DNA of 64,000 bases from Vampirovibrionaceae bacterium NZW_1234 (GCA_041697335.1 JBGUGD010000002.1:1-64000), one strand, 5' to 3'. Positions 23,359 to 33,060 are shown, counted from the stretch's first letter. Notes: a model not told the origin generated them from the letters alone. Program-made: numbers and translations.

Positions 23359-24363
23359 ATGAAAGTAGCTGTTTTTAGTACAAAGCCTTATGATAGAACC
23401 TTTTTTACGGCGGCGAATCAATCATCCCATCACGAATTGGTCTTTTTTCAGCCGCACTTGTCCATGGAGACCGTTTCCTTGGCGGCTGGGTTTGAAGCGG
23501 TTTGTGTGTTTGTGAATGATACCGTTTCTGCCGAGGTTTTGGGGGCGTTGAAAAACTTAGGTGTCAGACTGGTGGCGTTGCGTTGTGCCGGGTTTAACAA
23601 TGTTGACTTGGAAACCGCCCGAACGCTGGGGATAACGGTTGTACGCGTTCCGGCATATTCTCCTTATGCTGTGGCTGAGCATACTGTAGGGTTAATGATG
23701 GCGCTCAATCGAAAACTCCATCGTGCCTATAACCGGATTCGAGAAGGCAACTTTGCCTTGGATGGCTTGATGGGCTTTGATATGCATGGCAAGACCGTGG
23801 GGATTATCGGGACCGGTAAAATAGGTCGTGTCACTGCAGGCATTTTAAAAGGTTTCGGTTGCCGGGTGCTGGCATATGATCTCTATCCCAACCCGGACTA
23901 TGCTTCAGAGCTGGGGTTTTCTTATGTTTCTTTTGACGACTTGCTGAAGGCCTCGGATATTGTTTCCTTGCATTGCCCGTTAACCCCTCAAACGCGCCAT
24001 TTGATTGATGCTGCTGCAATTGCCAAGATGAAAGATGGGGTCATGCTGATTAATACCAGTCGTGGCGCTATTATGGATGCTCGGGCCCTTATCCAAGGCC
24101 TAAAATCAGGTAAAATTGGTCATCTTGGCTTAGATGTCTATGAGGAAGAGGCGGATCTGTTTTTTGAGGATTTGTCCTGCCAAATTATCCAAGATGACAT
24201 TTTCATGCGCCTTCTGACATTTCCAAATGTCTTAATTACTGGGCACCAGGCTTTCTTTACACAAGAGGCCGTCAACAATATTGTGGATGTGACGCTGGCC
24301 AATATCACCGAGTTTGAGCGCGACCAGCAATGTCAGAACGATGTGTTGAAATCCTTGGTATAA
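23359..24363 (+). CDS. ldhA: D-lactate dehydrogenase / D-2-hydroxyacid dehydrogenase
   Basis: [40 protein letters not shown]. Confidence 0.93.
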   Translation: MKVAVFSTKPYDRTFFTAANQSSHHELVFFQPHLSMETVSLAAGFEAVCVFVNDTVSAEVLGALKNLGVRLVALRCAGFNNVDLETARTLGITVVRVPAYSPYAVAEHTVGLMMALNRKLHRAYNRIREGNFALDGLMGFDMHGKTVGIIGTGKIGRVTAGILKGFGCRVLAYDLYPNPDYASELGFSYVSFDDLLKASDIVSLHCPLTPQTRHLIDAAAIAKMKDGVMLINTSRGAIMDARALIQGLKSGKIGHLGLDVYEEEADLFFEDLSCQIIQDDIFMRLLTFPNVLITGHQAFFTQEAVNNIVDVTLANITEFERDQQCQNDVLKSLV

Positions 24364-24478
24364 CAGGTAGCGCACTCCGTTCCTACTGGAAAACGGCTTT
24401 GTCTTTTGTAGGATAGGGTTGTCATTATGAGGAGTTTATGACATCATGGCCCCCTAGGTTGGGGAGGGTCATTATCGT

Positions 24479-26347
24479 ATGGATGTCAATGTATCTCCTG
24501 TTTCTGCTCGCCCAGTGACGAGCCATCGGGCTGGTTTATCCGTGGTCTCGCCTTATGCTGTGCACGCATCTTTGTGTCGATTCTCAGGAAACAACGAGGA
24601 TAAGCCTCAGGCTGCAAAGCCTAAGAATGAGTCGACATTAGCTAAAAAGGCTTTTATTTCTGGGGCTGTCATCAGTAATGTTGCTATTGGTGTAGGCGGC
24701 TGGTTTTTTCCTCCTTTGTGGGCAGGTTATCTGGTGACCGGTCCGCTGACCGCGTTGGGGGTCTACGACTGCCTGCAGCGAAAGCATCCGCTTCGCTACA
24801 ACTATCCTTTGTTGGCACGGATGCGTTGGATGTTGGAAAGCATTCGTCCGGAGATTCGTCAGTATTTTATTGAAGATGATACTACCGGCAAGCCTTTCTC
24901 TCGAGATCAGCGTGAAACCGTATACAAGCGAGCCAAATTAGATACGGATACGGTTGCTTTTGGGACAAAGTTAGATGTAAACGAAGTTGGCGTTGAATAT
25001 GTGACGCATTCAATTGCCGCTAAGAAAGCCATTAAGGAGGATATTCGGGTCACCATCGGTGGGCCTGATTGCAAACAGCCTTACAGTGCTTCTATTTTCA
25101 ATATCTCAGCCATGAGTTACGGTGCTTTAAGCAAAAATGCCATTCTGGCTTTAAACCGGGGAGCCAAGATGGGCAATTTTTATCACAACACAGGTGAGGG
25201 CAGTATCAGTCCTTACCATTTTGGACAGGATGTAAATATCGAAGAGCCAGGCTTTGATTATGTTCAATTCCTCGAGAAAATGCGTCAAGCTCCGCCTGAT
25301 GTGGCCAAGACCATGGGCGATCTCTGCTGGCAAATAGGGACCGGTTATTTTGGATGCCGTAACCCGGATGGCAGCTTTAATTTTGAACGGTATCAGGCCT
25401 TAGCGACACTGCCGAACGTTAAAATGATCGAATTAAAATTGTCTCAAGGGGCAAAGCCGGGCCATGGTGGGATTCTTCCTGCGGCCAAAGTAACGAATGG
25501 CATTGCTAAAATTCGCTTGGCTGTCATTGGTCAGGATATTATTTCCCCGGAAAGCCATTCTGCTTTTTCGACACCGATAGAGATGCTGCAGTTTATCAAA
25601 AAACTGCGTGAGCTGTCTGGAGGCAAGCCCGTCGGGTTCAAGCTGTGTGTTGGTAATAAGCATGAGTTTATTGCCGTATGCAAGGCCATGGTGGATACGG
25701 GGATTACACCCGACTTTATTACCGTGGATGGATCTGAGGGGGGCACCGGGGCTGCTCCTCGTGAGTTTGCAGACTCGATGGGCATGCCGTTAAATGATGC
25801 CCTGGTTTTTGTTCAGAACGTTTTGGTGGGCATGAATTTGCGCAATCGTATTAAGATCATCGCTGGCGGTAAGATCATCAATGGCTATGATATTCTTTCC
25901 AAAGTTGCCCGTGGTGCGGATGTTCTGAATTCAGCCCGGGGTATGATGTTTGCCTTGGGATGTATTCAGGCATTGGAGTGTAACAAGAATACCTGCCCCA
26001 CAGGGGTTGCTACTCAAAATCAGGCCTTGGTCAATGGGTTGGATCCGGCGGACAAGAGCGTTCGAGTCTATAATTTCCAGCATCAGACCGTCAAAAACGT
26101 GAAGGAACTTTTAGCTGCGATGGGGTTGAAGCATACATCCCAAATCAAACCATGGCATGTACAGAAACGCGTGACGATATCTGAAATTCGCAATTTATCA
26201 CAAATTTATGAGTTTATTCAGCCTGGTGCGTTGTTAGAGGGTAAAGTTCCGACTTCTCTTGTGAATGAGTGGAATCACGCAGATCCTAAAACGTTTGACT
26301 CCTCTCCGGAAGGATCTCTCTGGAAGCCTGCCTTAACTGCTGCCTAG
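24479..26347 (+). CDS. FMN-binding glutamate synthase family protein with RFSG leader
   Basis: SAMSYGALS, NTGEG, KLSQGAKPGHGG, DGSEGGTGAAP, CIQALECNKNTCPTGV. Confidence 0.92.
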   Translation: MDVNVSPVSARPVTSHRAGLSVVSPYAVHASLCRFSGNNEDKPQAAKPKNESTLAKKAFISGAVISNVAIGVGGWFFPPLWAGYLVTGPLTALGVYDCLQRKHPLRYNYPLLARMRWMLESIRPEIRQYFIEDDTTGKPFSRDQRETVYKRAKLDTDTVAFGTKLDVNEVGVEYVTHSIAAKKAIKEDIRVTIGGPDCKQPYSASIFNISAMSYGALSKNAILALNRGAKMGNFYHNTGEGSISPYHFGQDVNIEEPGFDYVQFLEKMRQAPPDVAKTMGDLCWQIGTGYFGCRNPDGSFNFERYQALATLPNVKMIELKLSQGAKPGHGGILPAAKVTNGIAKIRLAVIGQDIISPESHSAFSTPIEMLQFIKKLRELSGGKPVGFKLCVGNKHEFIAVCKAMVDTGITPDFITVDGSEGGTGAAPREFADSMGMPLNDALVFVQNVLVGMNLRNRIKIIAGGKIINGYDILSKVARGADVLNSARGMMFALGCIQALECNKNTCPTGVATQNQALVNGLDPADKSVRVYNFQHQTVKNVKELLAAMGLKHTSQIKPWHVQKRVTISEIRNLSQIYEFIQPGALLEGKVPTSLVNEWNHADPKTFDSSPEGSLWKPALTAA

Positions 26348-26498
26348 TCTTAGGGAATGCTTTGGTAAACCACTGGCATGTTCTTCTTACGCAGTTTTTT
26401 AGACTGGACACCGGTTTAGATTTATTTGTTTGCCATATTGTTTTCAACGGACATGTGTCAAAAAATGCTGTGGCAATAGTTTAGTATGTTATCTATAG

Positions 26499-26530
26499 GC
26501 TGATATGTCGCCCTAGGGCGACATATCAGC
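26499..26530. repeat. perfect 32-bp palindrome
   Basis: GCTGATATGTCGCCCTAGGGCGACATATCAGC equals its own reverse complement. Confidence 0.95.
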
Positions 26531-26765
26531 GGCAATCTTGCCAAGGATGAGGACTCATATTTCTGTTTGCTTTTAACATAGCGTTCAGACACGGTCTGTC
26601 TGCTTTAAGCTGACAAACTGCCTGGGTGTGGGAGATGTTTGTATATAAGAATCACCCATCAGGGGAGGGGACTACGGACAGAATCTATCTATAATTAAAT
26701 TATTCCTTGCATACACAGATTTTATTTACATCAACAGAGCGTTACAAAAGGGGTTGCAGTTTAAA

Positions 26766-26797
26766 GCGGGTCTGAAACAGACCCGCCTTTTCTTTTT
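26766..26797. terminator. intrinsic terminator hairpin, possibly bidirectional
   Basis: GCGGGTCTG-aaa-CAGACCCGC followed by CTTTTCTTTTT; short A run on the left. Confidence 0.75.
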
Positions 26798-26812
26798 CTA
26801 TTGACGCTGGCC

Positions 26813-27592
26813 TTAGGCGTCGCTTGCCGTGGCTTGTTCCTGCAAATCCTCTAAAGCTTTCTCCAGTGTTGCCAAATCCGCACCTTTTAACGTTTTGAGC
26901 CCGGTGATAGCCTGAATTTCATCTTTCGACAGCTTCAGGTCTTTTTGGATTTGAGCAATACGGTTGAGATAGCTTTTGGCTTGGCTGGCTTCGCTCGGCT
27001 CTTCGCTTGGAGGCTCTGAGGAATGAGGTGTTGTGTTAACCGGAGGTGTCAGGAGTGTATCGTTCCCTGCCTGGTCCATTTCCTCGTGCGAGTACAGGCC
27101 GCTGAGATCTTCGGGAAAGGCCATCCGTAACGCAGCAACTTCGGCACATTTCTTCAGCATCTGCTCTGGCATTCTGAGCCAAAGAGCGGTGTCGCTGCCA
27201 TACTCGGCCAAAGATACCTCTTCGTAGGCTGGGTGCTCCCAGTCCTCGCGCCAGACTCTTGCCCAGGCGTACAAGTGCCCGGCTTCGTCTCGCTTGGTAC
27301 CTCGTTCAATCCCTCTTAATTTGCCAGTTCTGTTCGCAATCAAGCGGAAACCGTCAATCCCAGTCTGCACCGTACCCGTTTCTACCCAGCGATCGCCTCG
27401 CTTCTGCCGCCGTTTGATGAAGTGGATTTGTTTCAACAGCGGATTTAAGCCTCGGGCTTTTGCAGTGTAGAGAAATAGCTGTAATTCCTCTGGCGTTGCA
27501 TTTTGGGCAACGGTCTGCTGGATCAGCGCCAGTTCGCTCTCGCTCCAGTCGGCTTTTTTCACTTCTGGAGCTGTGGATGTTTCGTTTTTCAT
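26813..27592 (-). CDS. bet: phage-type single-strand annealing recombinase (Bet/RecT family)
   Basis: FLY.AK.RGLNPL.KQIHF, QTGIDGFRLIA, W..MP..ML.KCAE..ALR.AFP..LSGLY..EEM. Confidence 0.9.
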   Translation of the reverse strand: MKNETSTAPEVKKADWSESELALIQQTVAQNATPEELQLFLYTAKARGLNPLLKQIHFIKRRQKRGDRWVETGTVQTGIDGFRLIANRTGKLRGIERGTKRDEAGHLYAWARVWREDWEHPAYEEVSLAEYGSDTALWLRMPEQMLKKCAEVAALRMAFPEDLSGLYSHEEMDQAGNDTLLTPPVNTTPHSSEPPSEEPSEASQAKSYLNRIAQIQKDLKLSKDEIQAITGLKTLKGADLATLEKALEDLQEQATASDA

Positions 27593-27798
27593 CGAGTCAA
27601 TCCTCGTTTTTCTCTGACTTCGTCTTCTTCGTTTTTCCCTAATTTGCTAAGGGGCTCATAACGTCGAGAATTCTCTCGTAGCGATAGTATGAAGCACATT
27701 CGACTAAAAGTCATTAGCACAAACTGTGTTTATTTTGTTTTTATAAATTTAAGGAAAGAAAAGAGTTCGCTTCGCTTGCGTGTTAGGAGAGTATCGCC

Positions 27799-29145
27799 GT
27801 GGATGCTAAGATTTCAAATTTGTCTCGTGTGGAAAATCCTCAAAGAGGAGTTGTTGTGCCTCAGGGAGGCGGAACAGGAGCTGAACGAAAACTTCGGCCT
27901 GAATTTATTCTGACAAATGCGGGCTCCTCCCAAACAAGTACTACTGTTTCAACGACTACTCAGGAGGCGAGCCTGCTTGCTCAGTTGCAAAATCTCGTTG
28001 CTGCTCTTACATCCCTGGTTAACCAAGTTGGAAATGGACAGCAGGGAGCAACCACTGAAGGAGGCGCTCAGCTGACTAATCCATCTCCAACCCAAACGGA
28101 TGGAGGAGTGGATAGCAATACCACAACTCCCGCGACGCAAACGCCCCCAATCCAAACCACTGGCGGGCAAGGTAATGAACAAGTAACTTTGCCTCCGGCA
28201 CAAGGAACAGGAACAGCTCAGCAGGTTTTTGTCCAAGACCCCGATACCGCAGTCAGCAATCCGGCAGGACCTGGAAAGGCATCTTTTACCATTGCTCGTG
28301 ATGCCAACGGTGTGGTGACCTATCAGGTGACCGGTCAAAGTGAAGGCCAGCGAGGGACGAATCCGATTCGATATAATTTACGTACCGTGGAGAATGCCGA
28401 AAGCAACGATATCAGTTTGCAGGTTTCCAAGCAAGTGCAGTCGGCAAAGGGGCCAGAAGAATTTAAATCGGATCTGCGTTTTGTAGATCGCTTGGATGGG
28501 ACCCAAAATGTTTCATTTCAAGGGGCTTACTCCGGTTTTGATGTAGACGGCAAGCCAACCAAAATTCAAGCGTCCTTGTCCGATACCCGGTTGCCCAAGT
28601 TTCCTTCGGAAGATGAGCTCGCCAATTGGAGAATTCTCTCTGACCAAGTGATCCGGGAGTCTGTTCAGGATACCTCTCAGACAAGGGGGGCTGTGCGGTC
28701 TTCAACACAACAAGTTCGTCAACTGACTTATCAGGGGCCAGGTGGAGAAACCCTTGATAGAGCCTTTATCGTACCCGATCCCAATAAGCCCAATGAAGGT
28801 ATTCTCACTCGTGAAACGATGAATTCAACATCCAATGGCAATCGGGCAGCCGTAACCCGCAATTACGATGCCCAAGGGACGGTCCAAGGGTCGGATATTC
28901 GTGTAACCAATGCGAAAAATGAGCAATTCAACTTCAAGATTTCCAACCAGGGCGTTCTGGAGAATGCCAGTGTGACTAGTGGTAATACAACTGCCAATTT
29001 TATGGAAGGTGTTCCTTTGGGAATTCCCAAAGTTGCCAAAGACACCCTTCAGCCTCAGGAAACGGCTCAAACCCAGGACGTAATGTCACAATTTCGACGG
29101 CCAATTCCTAGGAGCCAAGGGAATACTGGAAGAATAATGAGATAG
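27799..29145 (+). CDS. Gly/Gln/Thr-rich, Cys-free hypothetical protein, probably extracellular
   Basis: AGGAG RBS before GTG; low-complexity N-terminal half. Confidence 0.8.
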   Translation: MDAKISNLSRVENPQRGVVVPQGGGTGAERKLRPEFILTNAGSSQTSTTVSTTTQEASLLAQLQNLVAALTSLVNQVGNGQQGATTEGGAQLTNPSPTQTDGGVDSNTTTPATQTPPIQTTGGQGNEQVTLPPAQGTGTAQQVFVQDPDTAVSNPAGPGKASFTIARDANGVVTYQVTGQSEGQRGTNPIRYNLRTVENAESNDISLQVSKQVQSAKGPEEFKSDLRFVDRLDGTQNVSFQGAYSGFDVDGKPTKIQASLSDTRLPKFPSEDELANWRILSDQVIRESVQDTSQTRGAVRSSTQQVRQLTYQGPGGETLDRAFIVPDPNKPNEGILTRETMNSTSNGNRAAVTRNYDAQGTVQGSDIRVTNAKNEQFNFKISNQGVLENASVTSGNTTANFMEGVPLGIPKVAKDTLQPQETAQTQDVMSQFRRPIPRSQGNTGRIMR

Positions 29146-29345
29146 CTTTGCTGATTTGGTCATGAGAGGTGACTTTTGTCTCACAACTATCCTTACCTGG
29201 CTCTTTAGGCATGCTGATGGGAAAGAACGTAAATAAATGTAAAAGTATATCTCTTTGTTATCAATTCTGGATATCTATTTTTTTTTATTTAAGTGTCAGA
29301 TACGAAGTGGATTGATGGAACGGACCATCAACAAGGAGATGTGAT

Positions 29346-29984
29346 ATGACTGTCGGAATGGCAGGGTACAATATGGCAGGATACAATGCGGGATACGGGC
29401 CGATGATGCCCGGTGGTGGCATGATGCCTGGTGCGGCAACGCCTCGACCGATGTATGTCAACATGCCAGTGGTACAGCAAACACCCCCGCCCGCGTTTGA
29501 CATGATGACCATGATGATGATGCTCTTTATGATCATGGGGCGTAGAAAAAGCTCAACGTCTCCAACAACACCAACCGAAAGTGTGAAACGCCAGCTGGCC
29601 CGTCAAGAAGCCGATGGTACGGTTAAACAGGTTAAAACCCAAGCGGGCTTCAACCAACAGGTGACACAAGCCAATGGTACTGTTGTGGTGGTCTTTGCAG
29701 CCCCGTGGTGCCATAACTGCAATGAAATTAAGCCAGAATTGAATAATACGGCCACAGTCGCCAAGAATCGCGTGAAGTTTGTCGAAGCGGTGATATGGGA
29801 TGAAAATAACCCGGCCAATGCCGAAATGCAGGCTTTGGCGACGCAGTACAATATTCAAGGTACGCCCACGGTACTTGTAATGCGAGACGGGCAGGTCCTA
29901 AAACGAGGCGTGGGTAAGGCAGAAGCGCTTGCCATCCTCAACGAAGCCAAAATTGATTCCGGGCACTATACGCTCCCGGCATAG
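29346..29984 (+). CDS. thioredoxin-fold protein with Met/Gly/Pro-rich N-terminal extension
   Basis: FAAPWCHNC active site, YNIQGTPT; AAGGAG RBS. Confidence 0.88.
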   Translation: MTVGMAGYNMAGYNAGYGPMMPGGGMMPGAATPRPMYVNMPVVQQTPPPAFDMMTMMMMLFMIMGRRKSSTSPTTPTESVKRQLARQEADGTVKQVKTQAGFNQQVTQANGTVVVVFAAPWCHNCNEIKPELNNTATVAKNRVKFVEAVIWDENNPANAEMQALATQYNIQGTPTVLVMRDGQVLKRGVGKAEALAILNEAKIDSGHYTLPA

Positions 29985-30026
29985 CATTCCAAATTTATAA
30001 ACACACACACATTTCACACACATATT

Positions 30027-30065
30027 AAAGCCGATGGCGCTCTTGTGCGCATCGGCTTTTTTTTT
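30027..30065. terminator. bidirectional terminator between thioredoxin and pfpI-like genes
   Basis: AAAGCCGATG...CATCGGCTTT plus long T run. Confidence 0.85.
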
Positions 30066-30084
30066 ATTTTCCAGGTCGGTGGAA

Positions 30085-30624
30085 CTATGCAGGTACTTTG
30101 CTAAGCTGGTTGGCGACTTCGTGAGCAAAGGGAGTTGCAGCATGGGGACCGTTGGAGGTCACAATGGACCCATCCACGACCACATCCTGTTTAATATAAT
30201 GGGCACCAGCTTTTTCAAATTCCGCAACCGATTCGGGCATTTCCCAGACGGTTGCTTTTTTGCCATCTAAGACACCTGCCTTGGCCAGAACGACTCCAGA
30301 GAGACAAATGGCAGAAATAACCTTGCTTTGTCGTGCAAAGTCTTGGGTCAGGGTACGCAGGGTTTCGTTCTCCCAAAGGTATTCCGGGGAACCCATACCA
30401 CCAACAACCACTAGCGCATCGAATTGGGAGGCATTCTGAGATTCAAGGGTCTGCGTCACGTCTACGGATTTTCCTAACATTCCTTTTGCAAGACCTGTCT
30501 GGGTGCTGGCCACGGTGACAGACCATTGGCGCTCCTGGGTAAAGTGTTGATAAGGTTCAAAAAATTCTTCATCTCGAAAATCCTGAGGGGCAATGACCAT
30601 AAGGATATTTTTGCTGCTTGTCAT
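30085..30624 (-). CDS. DJ-1/PfpI family protein
   Basis: FRDEE, VVGGMG, AICLSG, VTSNGP; start at ATG 30624 with AAAGGA RBS. Confidence 0.92.
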   Translation of the reverse strand: MTSSKNILMVIAPQDFRDEEFFEPYQHFTQERQWSVTVASTQTGLAKGMLGKSVDVTQTLESQNASQFDALVVVGGMGSPEYLWENETLRTLTQDFARQSKVISAICLSGVVLAKAGVLDGKKATVWEMPESVAEFEKAGAHYIKQDVVVDGSIVTSNGPHAATPFAHEVANQLSKVPA

Positions 30625-30761
30625 AAGGCTTCGTCCTTTCGATTGAGGGTCTCTCTCCAACCCGGATACACAATATCCACAGGGAATCCGGTATTTGCTC
30701 ATGATAGCGTAAACCCTGTGCCAGCGCAAAGTCAGCCCTCATTAGGCACCTGAGGTTGGAC

Positions 30762-30890
30762 AAAAAAGAAAAATCCCAGCTTCAGCCGGGACTCAAGCAC
30801 CTGGTTGGACCAGGTGATATGGTTAGCACAGTCATTACAATAAAACAGACATCATGTTGGATCAACACTTGATTCCAAATCATGAGCGTG
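30762..30890 (-). ncRNA. candidate structured small RNA
   Basis: Three consecutive hairpins ending in a GC hairpin plus U tract on the minus strand; no ORF. Confidence 0.35.
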
Positions 30891-30998
30891 TAATAGCTCA
30901 GGTGGCTAGCAGCTTTTGCGCAGATGTTGTCCTGTCGGGTTACCCCGGTTAGGATCGCTTGCTATAATAACGTTCAATGTGTGGCTCAGGATGGTTGT

Positions 30999-31619
30999 AT
31001 GGCTATGATGGTTCGTCAATGGTTGTCCCTGGCTTTGTTGAGTAGCGTTTTAATGGTTGGGTTTGGTTGCGAAAGGCCGACGAGTCCCAAGGTTCCCACC
31101 CAAAAATTAATGTCTACGATTATTGCAGATTATAGTTGGACTGGGAAAGATGCGTTCTCTGTTCGCCATCACTATGTGATGACCTACAACGATGCCCGAA
31201 AGAGTTATGCGGTTGAAGGCAACCTGGTACGTGTGCCGGTCGGATACAACGGCCCGGAAGAAAAACGAATTCATCGTGTAGAAGTCTCGTCCATTCTTGT
31301 TCGAGGGCTTCTAGAGGCTGTTGAACAAGACAAATGGTTCCCCACTATCCGTCCAGCCGAGGTTGTCGATCACCCCGATGATTATCCAAATCGGAGCGTG
31401 ATCTTTCAGTCTGAGCCAAAACAGGTTGCCTTTGAACTTCGTTCCACTTCCAATTCGCCTAAGGGATCGCCCTGGAACCTTTATAAGGAGAAGGATATCA
31501 TTCTTATGAGTGAGGCCAATGCTACTTCAGATGCTGTGGAACGTCTTTTTAGGGCTATCCAGCCCGAAGATCCCCAATGGACTCCGGCATTAAAATACAC
31601 AAAAGCGACAGCCCGCTGA
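30999..31619 (+). CDS. putative lipoprotein
   Basis: Signal peptide ending LMVGFG-C. Confidence 0.75.
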   Translation: MAMMVRQWLSLALLSSVLMVGFGCERPTSPKVPTQKLMSTIIADYSWTGKDAFSVRHHYVMTYNDARKSYAVEGNLVRVPVGYNGPEEKRIHRVEVSSILVRGLLEAVEQDKWFPTIRPAEVVDHPDDYPNRSVIFQSEPKQVAFELRSTSNSPKGSPWNLYKEKDIILMSEANATSDAVERLFRAIQPEDPQWTPALKYTKATAR

Positions 31620-31633
31620 TCACAGATACCGGA

Positions 31634-32779
31634 TCATTGTATAAGTGACCCCGCCCCACAAGCGTCAACGACAATCGAAACGGCTGGTGCCCGACCGTGT
31701 GTTCGTTGTTGAGCCTGGTTGAAGTTGCGGATCATTGTTTTAAAGTCGTTTTCAAATAAGGCTTCCGAACCAATACTTAAGACGCCCATTAAGCCGCCTT
31801 CGCGTTTCTGTAGTGCTGTGGATACGTGTTTGTCCGGCAAGGCAGCTCCTTCGCCGACATAATAAATCAGCACCTCGTCCGGGTTGTCCTGACAGTGACG
31901 TTTCAATGCATCTGCCAGATCCTTGGAGCGAGGTAGGTTTAGAACGATTAGGTTGGCTGGTTGCCCGGGGCGATTATCTTCATGTAAGCCATAGGATTTC
32001 GCCATCGTCTGTCGAACCAGATTAATATCATGAACATTGGCATCGTAGGAGTTTTCGCCAGAATCATTTAGTCCAGAGCCAATGATTAAAAACGCTTTTC
32101 GGTTTTTAGTTTCCGATTTTACAAAACTGTTTTTGCCTTCCGGAGAATGCACCGGTTGTGTTCTCCCGAATACACTGTCGGTATTAACCTGGTTAAAGGC
32201 TTCGCTCAGTGAGGAGTGCTCTTCAAGGGCGGCCATAAGCCTGGGTGTAAATATTCCACGCTGTTGAAGCACCGAAATTCGGGATTGTGCCCCTTGTTGT
32301 ACGGCGGCATAAACCCGGACATTCTCCGGCCAGGGGTTTGGGTGTTCTGAACGGCTCATCAATTCTCCAGGCTTGGTCGGAAACGCTCGGGACAAATCTC
32401 CACCAAGCACCTTAATACCGCCAACAAGAGCCAGGCTGGAACTCAGAATGATGGTCATACCCAGGATGCGGCGTTTCAAAAAAGATCGCAGCCGTGTTCC
32501 AAAGGGTTTGTTCTTTTCTTCCAGGTACTCTTGATAGGTTTGTTGCGGAATAATGGGCATGCCCATGGCAATCCATCGCTTGAAGCTTTGCCACCGTCCT
32601 GTTGGTGTTTCTGTTGGGGGGGAAGGCAGGTTTTTTCCAAAGCGGATGGTACCCTCTCGAGGGATAAGGGCGTCTATATTCATTGACAGATCAGTTTGAT
32701 AAGGCGCAATAGGCTTTTGCCCCTGCCTTTTCTGTGGGGATTCCACGGATAAGGCACGGGTTGTGTCAACGATAAGCAT
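31634..32779 (-). CDS. caspase-like (C14/hemoglobinase fold) protein with RFG leader and TM segment; catalytic His position is Glu
   Basis: KAFLIIG, EVLIYYVGEG (usually YxSGHG), IVVDACGAG. Confidence 0.75.
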   Translation of the reverse strand: MLIVDTTRALSVESPQKRQGQKPIAPYQTDLSMNIDALIPREGTIRFGKNLPSPPTETPTGRWQSFKRWIAMGMPIIPQQTYQEYLEEKNKPFGTRLRSFLKRRILGMTIILSSSLALVGGIKVLGGDLSRAFPTKPGELMSRSEHPNPWPENVRVYAAVQQGAQSRISVLQQRGIFTPRLMAALEEHSSLSEAFNQVNTDSVFGRTQPVHSPEGKNSFVKSETKNRKAFLIIGSGLNDSGENSYDANVHDINLVRQTMAKSYGLHEDNRPGQPANLIVLNLPRSKDLADALKRHCQDNPDEVLIYYVGEGAALPDKHVSTALQKREGGLMGVLSIGSEALFENDFKTMIRNFNQAQQRTHGRAPAVSIVVDACGAGSLIQ

Positions 32780-33060
32780 CGTCCCAACCTCGATACTCCC
32801 AATGTAATGCTTGTTTTAAAATAAAAATAGATTTTTTGCAAGCCCTTATCTTAGGTATGTAACAGATTGTCACAAGACGGTCTTGCCCCTTGTGCTTGTG
32901 TTTATTTCTGTTGTGTCCATGATATTACGGCTGTCGATGCTGAATTTATGCGAGGATAGGGGTTTTTTCCGATAAAAAGCAATGGTAAAATAAGAATGGA
33001 TCAATTAGAGGAAACGTTGTTACACCGTTCTTATCATCAACCGTTAACCAAGCAGTAGGG

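Noticed and set aside
26350..27800. prophage around bet
   Set aside because: No integrase, structural or other phage genes in the vicinity.
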